Positions 1-10,394 of a stretch of DNA of 64,000 bases are shown here, piece by piece (the first letter of the stretch is position 1; each line of letters starts with the position of its first letter). A model generated the notes under the pieces. The model had not been told where the DNA came from. It saw only the letters and a list, made by a program, of their open reading frames with translations, and did not search any database. Made by a program: the position numbers and the translations under genes. Where the stretch lies: positions 7,799-71,798 of the forward strand of contig JAUSHK010000002.1 of the NCBI GenBank assembly GCA_030648515.1, read 5' to 3'. Origin of the DNA: Candidatus Jorgensenbacteria bacterium. Lineage in GTDB: Bacteria > Patescibacteriota > Minisyncoccia > UBA6257 > GWB1-50-10.

Positions 1-80
1 GCATTTGGAATCATTTTCACCGGGTAATCCTAATCCTCGAAATCATCCATCCAGCGAGAGCGTGCTATGCACGCTCTCTT

Positions 81-2129
81 TTATTTCTTTTTTGCCTTCG
101 CTTGAAGCTTTTTCTGCAACTGCCGAACTTCATCGCGAAGAATTGTTGCTAGCTCAAAATCCAGCTCTTGCGCCGCTTCCCGCATTTCCTTTTCTTTTTC
201 TTTAATAACACACTCAAGCTCCGCCTTTGAATTTCCGACAAGATGTAATTCCAAGTCAAGCACTTTTTTCGCAAGTTTCTCTTCCTCTTTTTCCGTCGGC
301 AGTATGCTTCTGATTTTTCTCACAATCGTGCGCGGAGTAATGTGATGTTCTTTGTTATACGCGAGCTGAATTTCGCGGCGGCGGTTTGTTTCAGAAACTG
401 CACGCTTAATGGAGCCAGTAATGGTGTCCGCGTAAAGAAATACTTCGCCCTGAACATTGCGCGCGGCGCGGCCGATGGTCTGAATAAGCGACGTTTCGCT
501 CCGCAAAAATCCTTCCTTATCCGCGTCTAAAATCGCGACAAGCGAAACCTCCGGCAGGTCAAGCCCCTCGCGAAGCAGGTTTACGCCGACAAGTACATCA
601 ATCTTCCCGCGGCGAAGGTCCGTGAGAATCCTAATGCGGTCAAGCGTCTTCACGTCACTATGCAAATACGAAACTTTTAATTTCTTTTCAGAAAGATACG
701 AACTCAAATCTTCCGCCATCTTTTTGGTAAGCGTGGTTACCAAAACCCGAGCCTTATCCCCTTTTTCCGGATTGACCCGTTCTAAAATTTTCGGAATTAA
801 ATGGTCCACTTGTCCGCGCGCAGGGAATATTGAAATCTTTGGATCAATTAAACCTGTCGGCCTAATAACTTGCTCTACGATCTGGCCGCTCTTTTTCTTT
901 TCATAATCGCTCGGCGTCGCCGACGTATAAATTATCTGTCCTACGCGCTCGCCAAATTCGTGAAATGTGAGCGGACGATTGTCGGCGGCCGAGGGCAGCC
1001 GGAATCCATACTCAATAAGCGTTTTCTTGCGCGCCGCATCACCAGCATGCATCCCTTCAATCTGCGGCACGGTAACATGCGACTCATCTATTATGGTTAA
1101 AAAATCAGCTTGCCCTGAGCCTGCCGAATGGGGAAAGTAATTAAGAAGCGTATCCGGCGGCTCCCCCGCTTTGCGTCCCGAGAGATGCCTGGAATAATTT
1201 TCTATGCCGTGGCAATATCCGACTTCGCGCATCATGGCCATATCAAACTTCGTTCTGCGCTCAAGCCGTTCCGCCTCAAGATATTTTTTGTCTTTTTCAA
1301 AAATCTCAAGCTGTTTTTTGAGCTCTTTCTTTATTTCCTCAATCGCCCTATCGCGCTCAAGCGGCGCGGTAATAAAATGTTTTGCCGGCGCGACAAACAC
1401 CTCGTGGACTTGCGGCGTTTCGTTGGGAATAAAGCCTCTCACGGGGTCAACCTCGTATATTTTTTCTATCATCCCGCTTTTAAGCGAAAAATCATAAATA
1501 ACTTCCCTGTCGGGCGGCATAATTTCCCACCGGTCGCCGCGCACGCGGAACGTTCCGCGTCTCAAATCCGTTGTAACTCTTGAAAACTGGAGCTGCACCA
1601 GTTTTTTAACAAGCTCGCCGCGGCGCATCGCATCGCTGATTCTAAATTGTAAAATATTCTGCGCGTACGCCTCGGGAGCTCCGAGACCATAAATGCAGGA
1701 AACCGAAGCGACGACAATAACGTCTTTTCGCGTCAAAAGCGCTGATGTTGCAGCGTGGCGCAGTTTGTCTATTTCGTCGTTTATCATCGCCTCTTTTTCA
1801 ATATACGTATCGGACGACGGGATGTACGCCTCCGGCTGATAGTAGTCATAATATGAAACAAAATAATGCACCGCGTTGTGCGGAAACAATTCGCGGAATT
1901 CGTTGCAAAGTTGCGCGGCAAGCGTTTTGTTGTGCGCGATAACAAGCGCCGGCTTATTCATCTTCGCGATTACATGCGCGACAGTAAATGTTTTTCCTGA
2001 ACCGGTAACGCCCAAAAGTGTCTGATGCCCCATCCCCTTTTTAAGTCCGGAAACAAGCTGCTCAATTGCTTTCGGCTGATCGCCCGCCGGTTTAAGTTCG
2101 GCATTAATTTTAAAATGATTCACGGCCAT
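81..2129 (-). CDS. uvrB: Excinuclease ABC subunit B
   Basis: Walker A GVTGSGKT, beta-hairpin YYDYYQPEAY, DESH, QTIGRAARN, C-terminal UVR coil. Confidence 0.98.
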   Translation of the reverse strand: MAVNHFKINAELKPAGDQPKAIEQLVSGLKKGMGHQTLLGVTGSGKTFTVAHVIAKMNKPALVIAHNKTLAAQLCNEFRELFPHNAVHYFVSYYDYYQPEAYIPSSDTYIEKEAMINDEIDKLRHAATSALLTRKDVIVVASVSCIYGLGAPEAYAQNILQFRISDAMRRGELVKKLVQLQFSRVTTDLRRGTFRVRGDRWEIMPPDREVIYDFSLKSGMIEKIYEVDPVRGFIPNETPQVHEVFVAPAKHFITAPLERDRAIEEIKKELKKQLEIFEKDKKYLEAERLERRTKFDMAMMREVGYCHGIENYSRHLSGRKAGEPPDTLLNYFPHSAGSGQADFLTIIDESHVTVPQIEGMHAGDAARKKTLIEYGFRLPSAADNRPLTFHEFGERVGQIIYTSATPSDYEKKKSGQIVEQVIRPTGLIDPKISIFPARGQVDHLIPKILERVNPEKGDKARVLVTTLTKKMAEDLSSYLSEKKLKVSYLHSDVKTLDRIRILTDLRRGKIDVLVGVNLLREGLDLPEVSLVAILDADKEGFLRSETSLIQTIGRAARNVQGEVFLYADTITGSIKRAVSETNRRREIQLAYNKEHHITPRTIVRKIRSILPTEKEEEKLAKKVLDLELHLVGNSKAELECVIKEKEKEMREAAQELDFELATILRDEVRQLQKKLQAKAKKK
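1108..1132. repeat. REP-like ~24-bp unit inserted in frame in uvrB (HSAGSGQA)
   Basis: gcttgccctgagcctgccgaatggg matches copies at 5088-5134 and 33698-33745. Confidence 0.75.
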
Positions 2130-2134
2130 AATTT

Positions 2135-2545
2135 TTATTTAAAACGAACGGGCACGCGGATTTCAGCGTCATTTTGCGGCAGACCAGAAGGGTTGTCTTT
2201 TTTAAATACGAGGACGCCTTTTGTGGAGCTTGGCATCGTAAATTCAATTTTTGCGTTAAATGGAACAAGGTCTTCGGTCATCCAATCACCGTCCGCCTGT
2301 GCTATGCCAATGGCAAGTAGTGTGCCGCGCCCGTCTAAAAGTTTCACCGGAAAACTCGCTTCAAAAAACCAAAATCCCCTAGCCTGCCCGCTTATTAATA
2401 TAGGCGACGAGATAACCGCGTTCGGCGTGGGATTAAAAACTACAACCGGCCCGGCACAGCACAATATTTTATTATTTAAAAATATGAATAGCGCAACCGC
2501 CACTGCCAAAATCACCAGCGCTATTAAAACCGCTTTCCTTATCAT
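2135..2545 (-). CDS. Gmad2-type immunoglobulin-like domain protein, membrane anchored
   Basis: N-terminal TM; G-x-ARG-x-WFFEASFP and DNPSG motifs. Confidence 0.75.
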   Translation of the reverse strand: MIRKAVLIALVILAVAVALFIFLNNKILCCAGPVVVFNPTPNAVISSPILISGQARGFWFFEASFPVKLLDGRGTLLAIGIAQADGDWMTEDLVPFNAKIEFTMPSSTKGVLVFKKDNPSGLPQNDAEIRVPVRFK

Positions 2546-2553
2546 GTTCCGTC

Positions 2554-3474
2554 TTAATCAACTGTCGGCCTCAGTTTAAAATAATCCTCGTCAATCGTCC
2601 GTACGAAGCATGTTCGCCCTTCTTTATGCGTCCAGATATTATCAATGCCGTATCCGCGTGGTTGCTGAATTTCTCCGCTTTCATAATTTCTGCTCGGAAG
2701 CGAGAACGTCGCGCACAATTCAAAGTTTTTTATTCCAGTAATTTTATACTCGTATATATTGCCAGATTTTGAATCTGGGTCCTCTGGAACAGTGAACCCG
2801 CGTAAATCATCGTTCATAACGGAAAGGCTTACGGGAAGTTTCCCCTTATTTTGCCAATAGTACACAATTTCGCTTTGTATTGTTTGAAGATCCTGTGTGC
2901 GTCGGTCGTCAAATTTTCGAACGCGTTCTGACATTGGCGAACCTACTGAAAGAAACCCGAATATTATTGCAATGATTACAATCGCTGAAGCAATATAAGC
3001 GAACGGCTTTGCGCCGATTGCTTTATTTTTAAGATCCCAAATATAAAAGCTGAAAACCATACCCGCAGTGACAAATACCGCAAGCGTCTTCAGAAGAAAC
3101 CTAACCGTGATGTCTCCTTGTAAAAACGTGTATAGAAGCGACACGAGGTCCCCAATAATGATGAGTGCGGCGATAAAAAGCGTGAAATATACAAGCCACT
3201 TTCTTATTCGCGCTTCGCGCTTTTCCGTATCTCGGGAATACTCTTTTCTAAGCGTGCGCATTGAAAACAAATACACCGGGAAAACGACTATGAGCGCCGC
3301 GATGGCTCCGCGCATCATATCCAGCGCTCCGCTGTAATAGTAGTACTGGAGCACATCGGGAAGTTGCACGTTTATATATTGGAAAGCGAGAATTAAAAAG
3401 CTCGTTGCGGAAGCATACAGCGTAACTATTGAAAGCAAGTGCATAAAGATATCTTTCGGAGAAGTTTTATTCAT
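2554..3474 (-). CDS. DUF5671-like membrane protein
   Basis: Five TM helices, RKWLVYFTLF and FDDRR..DLQ motifs. Confidence 0.7.
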   Translation of the reverse strand: MNKTSPKDIFMHLLSIVTLYASATSFLILAFQYINVQLPDVLQYYYYSGALDMMRGAIAALIVVFPVYLFSMRTLRKEYSRDTEKREARIRKWLVYFTLFIAALIIIGDLVSLLYTFLQGDITVRFLLKTLAVFVTAGMVFSFYIWDLKNKAIGAKPFAYIASAIVIIAIIFGFLSVGSPMSERVRKFDDRRTQDLQTIQSEIVYYWQNKGKLPVSLSVMNDDLRGFTVPEDPDSKSGNIYEYKITGIKNFELCATFSLPSRNYESGEIQQPRGYGIDNIWTHKEGRTCFVRTIDEDYFKLRPTVD

Positions 3475-3498
3475 AGTAATAAGTTTACAGTCATACGG

Positions 3499-4146
3499 TT
3501 AAATTCGCAACCAAAGCTGAAAATACGAAAGTATCTGCTGAGACATCCAAAGCGCGGTAGCGGCCGCTAGTAAAAATGGTACACCAAGCGTCGTGTATCG
3601 TTCGCTGAGCGTAACGGCGCGGATTATTGAAAGTAGAACGACAAATATAAACGTGAGCGGTACAAAAACGATTATCCCGGGCCAGCCGGCGACAAGCGCG
3701 CACACAAATCCGAGCCGCACCTCTCCTTCTTCAAAAAACCGGTCCTGGTGTTTTTTAAGTAAAAGGAGAAATTTGTAAAACAGCCACGCAAGAAAGAGCG
3801 CAAGAACAAGGTTTATCCAAAAGTGCCCCCATGAATAAAATAGAAAGTAGCCGATGCGCGTATTAAAAATTTGCGGAAACGCTTTGATAAGCGGAATGGG
3901 AAGCGATTCGCTAAGCGGCGTGTTCAGGAGCGGCTTTGAAAAAGGGCTTTGCGCCCAGAGATAATATTGTCCAACAGTGAGCGCGAGCGCGTAAAGCACC
4001 CTGAACCATATCGCATTCCGAACAAGCGTTTTGTATTTTAAAAATCGTCCACCTACAAAATAGTGCCACGCCGCGCTGAAAAGTATGAGCGCAAAAACGC
4101 CCTGCGAAATCCGCACAAGATACTGGCCAGTGAGAAATTGTTCCAT
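3499..4146 (-). CDS. Membrane protein, distant A24 prepilin-peptidase-like C-terminus
   Basis: Multi-TM; GEVRLG..LVAGWPG and LGVPFLL resemble the A24 fold but the catalytic D is replaced by E; ATG 1 nt after the upstream stop. Confidence 0.5.
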   Translation of the reverse strand: MEQFLTGQYLVRISQGVFALILFSAAWHYFVGGRFLKYKTLVRNAIWFRVLYALALTVGQYYLWAQSPFSKPLLNTPLSESLPIPLIKAFPQIFNTRIGYFLFYSWGHFWINLVLALFLAWLFYKFLLLLKKHQDRFFEEGEVRLGFVCALVAGWPGIIVFVPLTFIFVVLLSIIRAVTLSERYTTLGVPFLLAAATALWMSQQILSYFQLWLRI

Positions 4147-4147
4147 A

Positions 4148-5197
4148 TTACTGAACCACATTTTGCGGCTTGCCGTTTGCGTACGCCGCGATGTTCTCAA
4201 TGGTGATTTTCAAAATCCGCATGAGCGCTTCCTGCGAATTAAACGCGTTGTGCGGCGTAATAAGCACGTTCGGCATATTTATAAGCGCGTGTTCCTGAAG
4301 CATTGTTTGCAATTTTCCCGCCTCCACTTTCCCCTCGCTTAAAAACTTCAGCTCGTCTTTTATGTCGCCCTCCTCCTCAAGCACGTCAAGCCCCGCACCG
4401 GCAAGTATTTCTTCGCGCAATGCAAAAAGCAGCGCACCGGTTTCTAGAACGCCGCCGCGCGCGGTGTTAATCAGGTACGAACCGCGTTTCATAACGCGGA
4501 TATTATCCAAATTGATAAGATGGTGCGTCGCCTCGTTATAAGGAACATGAAGCGAAACAATATCGGACTGCTGGAGCAAATCGTGAAGCGGGACGTATGT
4601 GAACCCCAAACTTTGCGCAAGTTCATCGTCTTGTTTTGGGTCGTATGCAAGCACGTTCATCCCGAATCCTTTCGCGATTGTTATCATTTCTCTCCCTATT
4701 CTCCCTGTTCCGACAACGCCAATTGTCTTTCCTTTGATATCTACCCCGCGCAAGCCGCGAAGCGAAAAATCTTCGGCTTCTTTAATCTGGTCAATCGCGC
4801 GATAGATTTTTCTTGTAAGGCTCAATATAAGCCCGAACGCGAATTCCGCAACGGTATTGTCACCATACCCGGGAACATAGGAAACCGTGATGCCACGCTT
4901 TTTGCACGCGGCAAGGTCAATGTGGTCAAACCCCGTGGAACGCGTGGCAATGAATTTGAGTTGCGGAAACTGGTCAAGCACCGCGCCATCAACTCGCGAG
5001 TCAACAAATATCGACATCGCCTCAGTATCCCGCGCCGCCGCGCCCCACTCATGCGCTTTCCCTAAAACAAATTGAAACTCATGCCCAGCCTGTCCTGAGC
5101 CGGCTTGCAGTGAGCTTGTTGAACCTGTCGAAGGAGCGAGTTCTTTTTTGACGATTTCTTCCTCCCATCCCTCCAATTCAAAAAACGCGATTTTCAT
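4148..5197 (-). CDS. D-isomer-specific 2-hydroxyacid (D-lactate-like) dehydrogenase
   Basis: RSTGFDHID, GTGRIG, INTARG, DVLEEE, TPHNAF. Confidence 0.92.
   Translation of the reverse strand: MKIAFFELEGWEEEIVKKELAPSTGSTSSLQAGSGQAGHEFQFVLGKAHEWGAAARDTEAMSIFVDSRVDGAVLDQFPQLKFIATRSTGFDHIDLAACKKRGITVSYVPGYGDNTVAEFAFGLILSLTRKIYRAIDQIKEAEDFSLRGLRGVDIKGKTIGVVGTGRIGREMITIAKGFGMNVLAYDPKQDDELAQSLGFTYVPLHDLLQQSDIVSLHVPYNEATHHLINLDNIRVMKRGSYLINTARGGVLETGALLFALREEILAGAGLDVLEEEGDIKDELKFLSEGKVEAGKLQTMLQEHALINMPNVLITPHNAFNSQEALMRILKITIENIAAYANGKPQNVVQ
5088..5134. repeat. Nested REP-like units in frame in the dehydrogenase (PSTGSTSSLQAGSGQA)
   Basis: Outer gcctgtcctgagcc|tgtcgaagg interrupted by a 24-bp related unit at 5102-5125. 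Confidence 0.75.
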
Positions 5198-5278
5198 TCC
5201 GTTTATTATACAACTCTTAATCCTCGCTACAAATAAAAAGGGACGCTTTCGTGCGCCCCCATGTGTCGTTTATAACGG

Positions 5279-5941
5279 TTAGTCATAGTCATAGAAAGAA
5301 ACCGGAGTGCTGTATGGCCCGATGATGACCTTTATTTTTGATTTGTTTTTTACAAGAACAAGGTATTCGGCTGGTCCTCCTACAAGCTTTACCTTACCAT
5401 TACTAAGAACTAATATGCGGTTTTTTAACTTTTGCAACCAATCTTTTTTAGCACGAGGGACTTCTAAGGCATTAAGGAAAGCGAAGTAAATTGTTTCTTT
5501 GTCAAACTCATTAGAAAAATCCGGACATTTCATTTCACTCATCGCTTGGGCTGTCATTTCATAGAGTTCATCGTAGGTGGGTGGTGTATAATTTCCACCA
5601 TGCTTTTGTTGTACGATGAGATAATTGATTGCGAATGAAGCGTCGGTTTTGTCGCTCCGGAATTTTTTACCGGTTAATTCCTCAGGAGTCTTCACTCCGA
5701 AATAACAAAGGAGGTACTTTCCTTCTGTGTAGGTTATCCCGGAATTAAAAATCCGTTTGTCTCCCTCAACTGACACATCATACATATATATCGCGAGCGA
5801 ATCCGTGGCCGCTTTTTGACAAAATGGATTTTTGTAAACCTTTACAAATTTCCAGATTACCGAATTTTCACTCGCATATACTTGGGTAATCGTCAAAAAG
5901 AATACAAACAAAATTACCATACCGAAAAATTTTCTTTTCAT
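5279..5941 (-). CDS. Hypothetical secreted protein
   Basis: Signal peptide MKRKFF..VYA; SD GAGGGAG; own promoter upstream. Confidence 0.75.
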   Translation of the reverse strand: MKRKFFGMVILFVFFLTITQVYASENSVIWKFVKVYKNPFCQKAATDSLAIYMYDVSVEGDKRIFNSGITYTEGKYLLCYFGVKTPEELTGKKFRSDKTDASFAINYLIVQQKHGGNYTPPTYDELYEMTAQAMSEMKCPDFSNEFDKETIYFAFLNALEVPRAKKDWLQKLKNRILVLSNGKVKLVGGPAEYLVLVKNKSKIKVIIGPYSTPVSFYDYD

Positions 5942-6053
5942 CTTCTGTTACTCCCTCTAATTAAATATAATTGTGTAATTGTGAACGAGCTTTACTCTAG
6001 TATACAGTTTACCACACCAATAACGATTTAGTCAATACCCCAAACCTCTGGGT

Positions 6054-8453
6054 TTACCCCGCCACTTTCGCGATTTTCAAAATAGTGGGAATCACAGTAT
6101 CCGGATTCAAAGACATGCTTAAAATCCCCTCCTCAACAAGGAACGCGGCGAAGTCGGGATAGTCCGACGGCGCCTGGCCGCAAATACCGATATATTTATT
6201 GTGATCTCTGCATTTACGAATGATTGTTTTAATCATTTCTTTCACCGCCTCATTATTCTCATTTGAAACGTGCGAAACAATTCCCGAATCGCGGTCTAAT
6301 CCCAAGACCAATTGCGTCAAGTCATTTGAACCGATGGACATTCCGTCAAAAACCCCGAGAAATTCATTCGCCAAAATGATGTTTGATGGAATTTCGCACA
6401 TCACATAAACCTTGAGCGACTCGTCTTGTTTTCTATCAAGCCCGAACTCTACCATCGTTTCAATGACTTTCTTCCCTTCTTCCGGCGTCCGGCAAAACGG
6501 AATCATCGGAATTATGTTCGTAAGCCCCATATCCTCACGCACGCGCTTCATCGCCTTGCATTCCAGTCCGAACGCCGCCTTGAATTTCGGGTCGTAATAC
6601 CGAGACGCCCCGCGCCATCCAAGCATCGGGTTTTCCTCTTTCGGCTCGTATGCCTCCCCGCCTAGCAAGGTTTTATATTCGTTTGTTTTAAAATCCGAAA
6701 ACCGCACAATAACGGGGCGCGGATAAAACGCCGCTCCGATTTTCGCGATTCCATACGAAAGCTTTTCAACATAAAACTGCGTTTTGTTTTCGTATCCAAC
6801 TGTCTTTTTATCAATTTCTTTCACAAGCTTCGGGTCTTTTAGCTTCTTATAGTTTATAAGCGCCATCGGGTGAATGCCGATTTGTGAAGCAATAATAAAT
6901 TCCTCGCGCGCGAGACCGACGCCGTGAACCGGCAAAAATGACGTTTCAAACGCCATATCCGGCATCGCGATATTTACCATCACGTCCGTGCGAAGCTTCG
7001 GAAGCTGGCGTACATCATGCTCTTTTATCTCAAACGGTATCGCGCCCTTAAATACATAACCCTCGCTTCCAGTCGTGTCCACGGTAATCACGTCGCCGGT
7101 TTTTATTTTCTTCGTTGCCCGCTCCGTTCCCACAATGCACGGGATGCCAAGCTCGCGCGAAACGATTGCCGCGTGCGACGTGCGTCCGCCCTTATCAGTC
7201 ACGATTGCGGATGAAATTTTCATAATCGGCTCCCAGTCGGGGTCCGTCATATCCGTAACTAAAACTTCGCCGTGCTTAAAATCATTGATATTCTTCGGGT
7301 CCAAGATAACGCGCGCCTTGCCCGTGGCGATTTTATTTCCGACTGATGCTCCTTTTACAATCTCAATCCCCTTTCCTTTCTTAATGTATTCCGTAACTTT
7401 TGAAAAATCCCGTCCGGCTTGCACCGTTTCCGGCCGCGCCTGGACCAAAAACAGTTCTCCGGTCACGCCGTCCTTCGCCCATTCCAAATCCATGGGCGTC
7501 CACTTGCTGTGAACTTTTGAGTAATGTTCCTCAACGAGCATTCCCCACACGGCGAGCTTCGCAACTTCCTTGTCGGAAATTACAAACTTTGCCTGTTCGC
7601 TTTCGCTTACTGGAACAACTTTTGTCTGTCTGAGCCCCGCGCCGGCGGAATAAATCATTTTTCGGTTCTTCTTTCCGAGTGCGCGTGAGATAATCGGATC
7701 TTTCACTTTTCCTAGTGTTTTTTTGAAAACAAAAAACTCATCGGGGGTTACTTCTCCCTGCACGATAAGCTCGCCCAAACCCCAGATTCCGTTTATCAAA
7801 ACGACGTCGCGGAAACCGGACTCCGTGTCAAGCGTAAACATCACGCCCGACACGCCCTTGTCCGCGCGCACCATTTTTTGCACGCCGACCGAGAGCGCGA
7901 TTTTAAAATGGTCAAATCCTTTGTCTTTTCGGTATGAAATCGCGCGATTTGTAAAAAGCGAAGCCATTGATGCGCGAACCGCGTTTAAAACTCCGGCCGT
8001 GCCGCGCATATTTAAAAATGTCTCATGCTGGCCAGCGAAGCTCGCATCTGGTAAATCTTCCGCTGTCGCGCTTGAACGCACCGCGACGTCAACATTCCGC
8101 CCGTATTCCTTTTCCATCTTTTTGTACTCCTCGGAAATCGCGAGCTCCAAAACCTGCGGAAGCGGCGTTTTCTTGATCATAGTGCGGATTTCCTCTCCGC
8201 GCTTTTCCAAATCCCTCAAATTTTTCGTATTAAGCCCCTCAAGAATTTCCTTAATCCTTTTTTTGAGTCCTGTTTTTTCAAGAAAAAAATTATATGCCTC
8301 CGCTGTCACGGCAAATCCGCCGGGGACATTTACGCCTTTCGGTTTCAGTGCCTGAATCATTTCGCCGAGTGAGGCGTTCTTTCCGCCAACGCGCGGAACG
8401 TCTTTTATGCCGACATCCTCCAACCGAACCGTAAAAATAAATTTCTCGTGCAT
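6054..8453 (-). CDS. ppsA: Phosphoenolpyruvate synthase
   Basis: VGGKNASLGEM, AVRSSATAED, GGRTSHAAI phospho-His, MCEIPSN, GICGQAPSD; start at MHEKF. Confidence 0.97.
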   Translation of the reverse strand: MHEKFIFTVRLEDVGIKDVPRVGGKNASLGEMIQALKPKGVNVPGGFAVTAEAYNFFLEKTGLKKRIKEILEGLNTKNLRDLEKRGEEIRTMIKKTPLPQVLELAISEEYKKMEKEYGRNVDVAVRSSATAEDLPDASFAGQHETFLNMRGTAGVLNAVRASMASLFTNRAISYRKDKGFDHFKIALSVGVQKMVRADKGVSGVMFTLDTESGFRDVVLINGIWGLGELIVQGEVTPDEFFVFKKTLGKVKDPIISRALGKKNRKMIYSAGAGLRQTKVVPVSESEQAKFVISDKEVAKLAVWGMLVEEHYSKVHSKWTPMDLEWAKDGVTGELFLVQARPETVQAGRDFSKVTEYIKKGKGIEIVKGASVGNKIATGKARVILDPKNINDFKHGEVLVTDMTDPDWEPIMKISSAIVTDKGGRTSHAAIVSRELGIPCIVGTERATKKIKTGDVITVDTTGSEGYVFKGAIPFEIKEHDVRQLPKLRTDVMVNIAMPDMAFETSFLPVHGVGLAREEFIIASQIGIHPMALINYKKLKDPKLVKEIDKKTVGYENKTQFYVEKLSYGIAKIGAAFYPRPVIVRFSDFKTNEYKTLLGGEAYEPKEENPMLGWRGASRYYDPKFKAAFGLECKAMKRVREDMGLTNIIPMIPFCRTPEEGKKVIETMVEFGLDRKQDESLKVYVMCEIPSNIILANEFLGVFDGMSIGSNDLTQLVLGLDRDSGIVSHVSNENNEAVKEMIKTIIRKCRDHNKYIGICGQAPSDYPDFAAFLVEEGILSMSLNPDTVIPTILKIAKVAG

Positions 8454-8535
8454 TGATGTAAGTATAGCATTGAGAAATGGGGAATAACAAAAACCTCGTT
8501 CCAAAAATCGAAACGAGGTTAAAGATTAAAAAACA

Positions 8536-9120
8536 CTAACTCATGCGCCACAAAGCCGCGGGGCTAAAAGCATCCCAATTGACATAGAAACAACGGTGAG
8601 TAGAGCCCCACTCAGCACTAATAGTATTCCAGAAGAGATATCTGACGCATGGATGGCCTGATTGATAATCATATATTGTCCCCCAGAAAAAAATGTTTTT
8701 GGGTTTCCAGCTTTCTGGTATTAGATGCTTATATTTTAAGAAATGATCAAGGATATTAACATTCAGTACAGGCTCATTCTTTAATTCCTTGTACAATTTG
8801 TAGCCATCAATACCCACAGTATCAGGTGTCCAAAGTTTCACTTGTGTTTCTATTTTCGCTGGTTCCAACATAAAGAGACCGTTCTTTTTATGCTTCTTTA
8901 CTTTACATCCGGTAGGAACAAACGGAGGAGCATCACAGTCGACAATATATTGTAATAGCTTGATGTCCGAATGGCCAAGTTGTACCTGAAGCATATCATG
9001 GAAAAGTGTAGGATGTTCAGCTAAATTATTCAAAAGTTCTGGGGTATATCCCTGTTCTTCAGCTGTGAGAAGAAGTTTGTGGGCAAGACCCACTACGGAA
9101 AACTCGGATTTCGCTGACAT
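8536..9120 (-). CDS. Hypothetical protein
   Basis: SD AAGGAGG before MSAKSEF; TTGACA-17-TACTAT promoter; IPESWK..FFWGT motif. Confidence 0.75.
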   Translation of the reverse strand: MSAKSEFSVVGLAHKLLLTAEEQGYTPELLNNLAEHPTLFHDMLQVQLGHSDIKLLQYIVDCDAPPFVPTGCKVKKHKKNGLFMLEPAKIETQVKLWTPDTVGIDGYKLYKELKNEPVLNVNILDHFLKYKHLIPESWKPKNIFFWGTIYDYQSGHPCVRYLFWNTISAEWGSTHRCFYVNWDAFSPAALWRMS

Positions 9121-9269
9121 AAGCGATTCCTCCTTGTTTTTAGCGACTATCCTTGCGGACATTGTCGCGTGTTTAAATATTACAATGAACTGTAGTTACA
9201 TAGTACTACAAGAAATTACTTATGTCAAACAAAACCCGCCGCGACCAAACTAAAGTGCAATGTAATTTT

Positions 9270-10238
9270 TCAATCAACAAGACGTAAAAGCGCGCTCCGC
9301 AACTTGACAGGGTCGTGAGAAAAAACATCGGTTTCGTCTACGAGATCTGCCTGAGTAACGGGGATGCCGCACACACACGCGTTATCCGTCATGAGCATCT
9401 GTATTGGTTTGCGGAATTGTATTTTTTTATTATTAACCAAAACCAGGTCAACAATTTTCTTGTTTGTGTTGTTTAATAAGCTATCAACGTGATCGTCCAA
9501 ATTAAAACCCCTGGTTTCCGATAATTTAATGGCGGTGTTTGCGATATACACTTTTTTAGCTTTTGATTTTAGAACGGCGTTTTTAATTCCAGGGATCAGC
9601 AAGTTTGGCAAAACGCTGCCATGAAGGGCGCCGGGACCAATAACCACTAGGTCGGCTGCGAGAATTTTTGAAATTGCTTCGGGATTTGCACGCACAGTTG
9701 AAACCCCGGGCGTCTGACATTCAAGCGAAAGTTTTTCAATCCGGAATTTCTTGGCGCGCGGAATCCGGTGTGAAATATTGTGCTGCCCAACAATAACACC
9801 ATCGTTCTTCAACCTTGCTTTTAAAACAATATTATCAAACGTGGAAGGAAATACTCCGTGAGTCGGTTTTATCCCCATACTCCTTGCGGCAGCCGAAATT
9901 CCCTCGCGCAACCCGCCAAAAACATCAACCAGCGCCACAAGAATAATATTTCCCGTGACATGCCCCTCAATATCCTGCGCGCCGTTGCCCCAGCGATTAT
10001 TCCCAAAGCGGTGCGGAAACACGCGGGTTAGCAACTTATCTTCGTCGGCAAACGCCGCGAGACATTGGCGCAAATCGCCCACCGCCGGAGCATTGTGATA
10101 TTTTCGCAGCCGGCCCGTTGAGCCGCCGTCATCGGCCATCGTCACGATAGCAGAGAGATTTGTGATATCTTCTTTAAGCGCTCTGATTACTTTTGATTGG
10201 CCGGTGCCTCCGCCGATAACGACAATTTTTTTATCCAT
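9270..10238 (-). CDS. yvcK: YvcK/CofD-family UDP-GlcNAc-binding gluconeogenesis factor
   Basis: GGGTG, DDGGSTG.LR, GDLRQCL, IGPG, HDP. Confidence 0.9.
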   Translation of the reverse strand: MDKKIVVIGGGTGQSKVIRALKEDITNLSAIVTMADDGGSTGRLRKYHNAPAVGDLRQCLAAFADEDKLLTRVFPHRFGNNRWGNGAQDIEGHVTGNIILVALVDVFGGLREGISAAARSMGIKPTHGVFPSTFDNIVLKARLKNDGVIVGQHNISHRIPRAKKFRIEKLSLECQTPGVSTVRANPEAISKILAADLVVIGPGALHGSVLPNLLIPGIKNAVLKSKAKKVYIANTAIKLSETRGFNLDDHVDSLLNNTNKKIVDLVLVNNKKIQFRKPIQMLMTDNACVCGIPVTQADLVDETDVFSHDPVKLRSALLRLVD

Positions 10239-10280
10239 AGTCGCTTTATAGCATTCCACACGCCAGTTATTTGTTCAACA

Positions 10281-10343
10281 CCGTTAGAAATCACGCCCGC
10301 GTCTTCGCGCCCAAAGGGCCTATGGGCGGGCTATTTCTAACGG
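10281..10343. repeat. Intergenic palindromic element
   Basis: ccgttagaaat...atttctaacgg terminal inverted repeat with internal gcccgc/gcgggc stem. Confidence 0.7.
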
Positions 10344-10394
10344 GGCAAATAAAAAAACCGCTGGTCGGATTTCCCTACTGAGCGGCAAAATATT

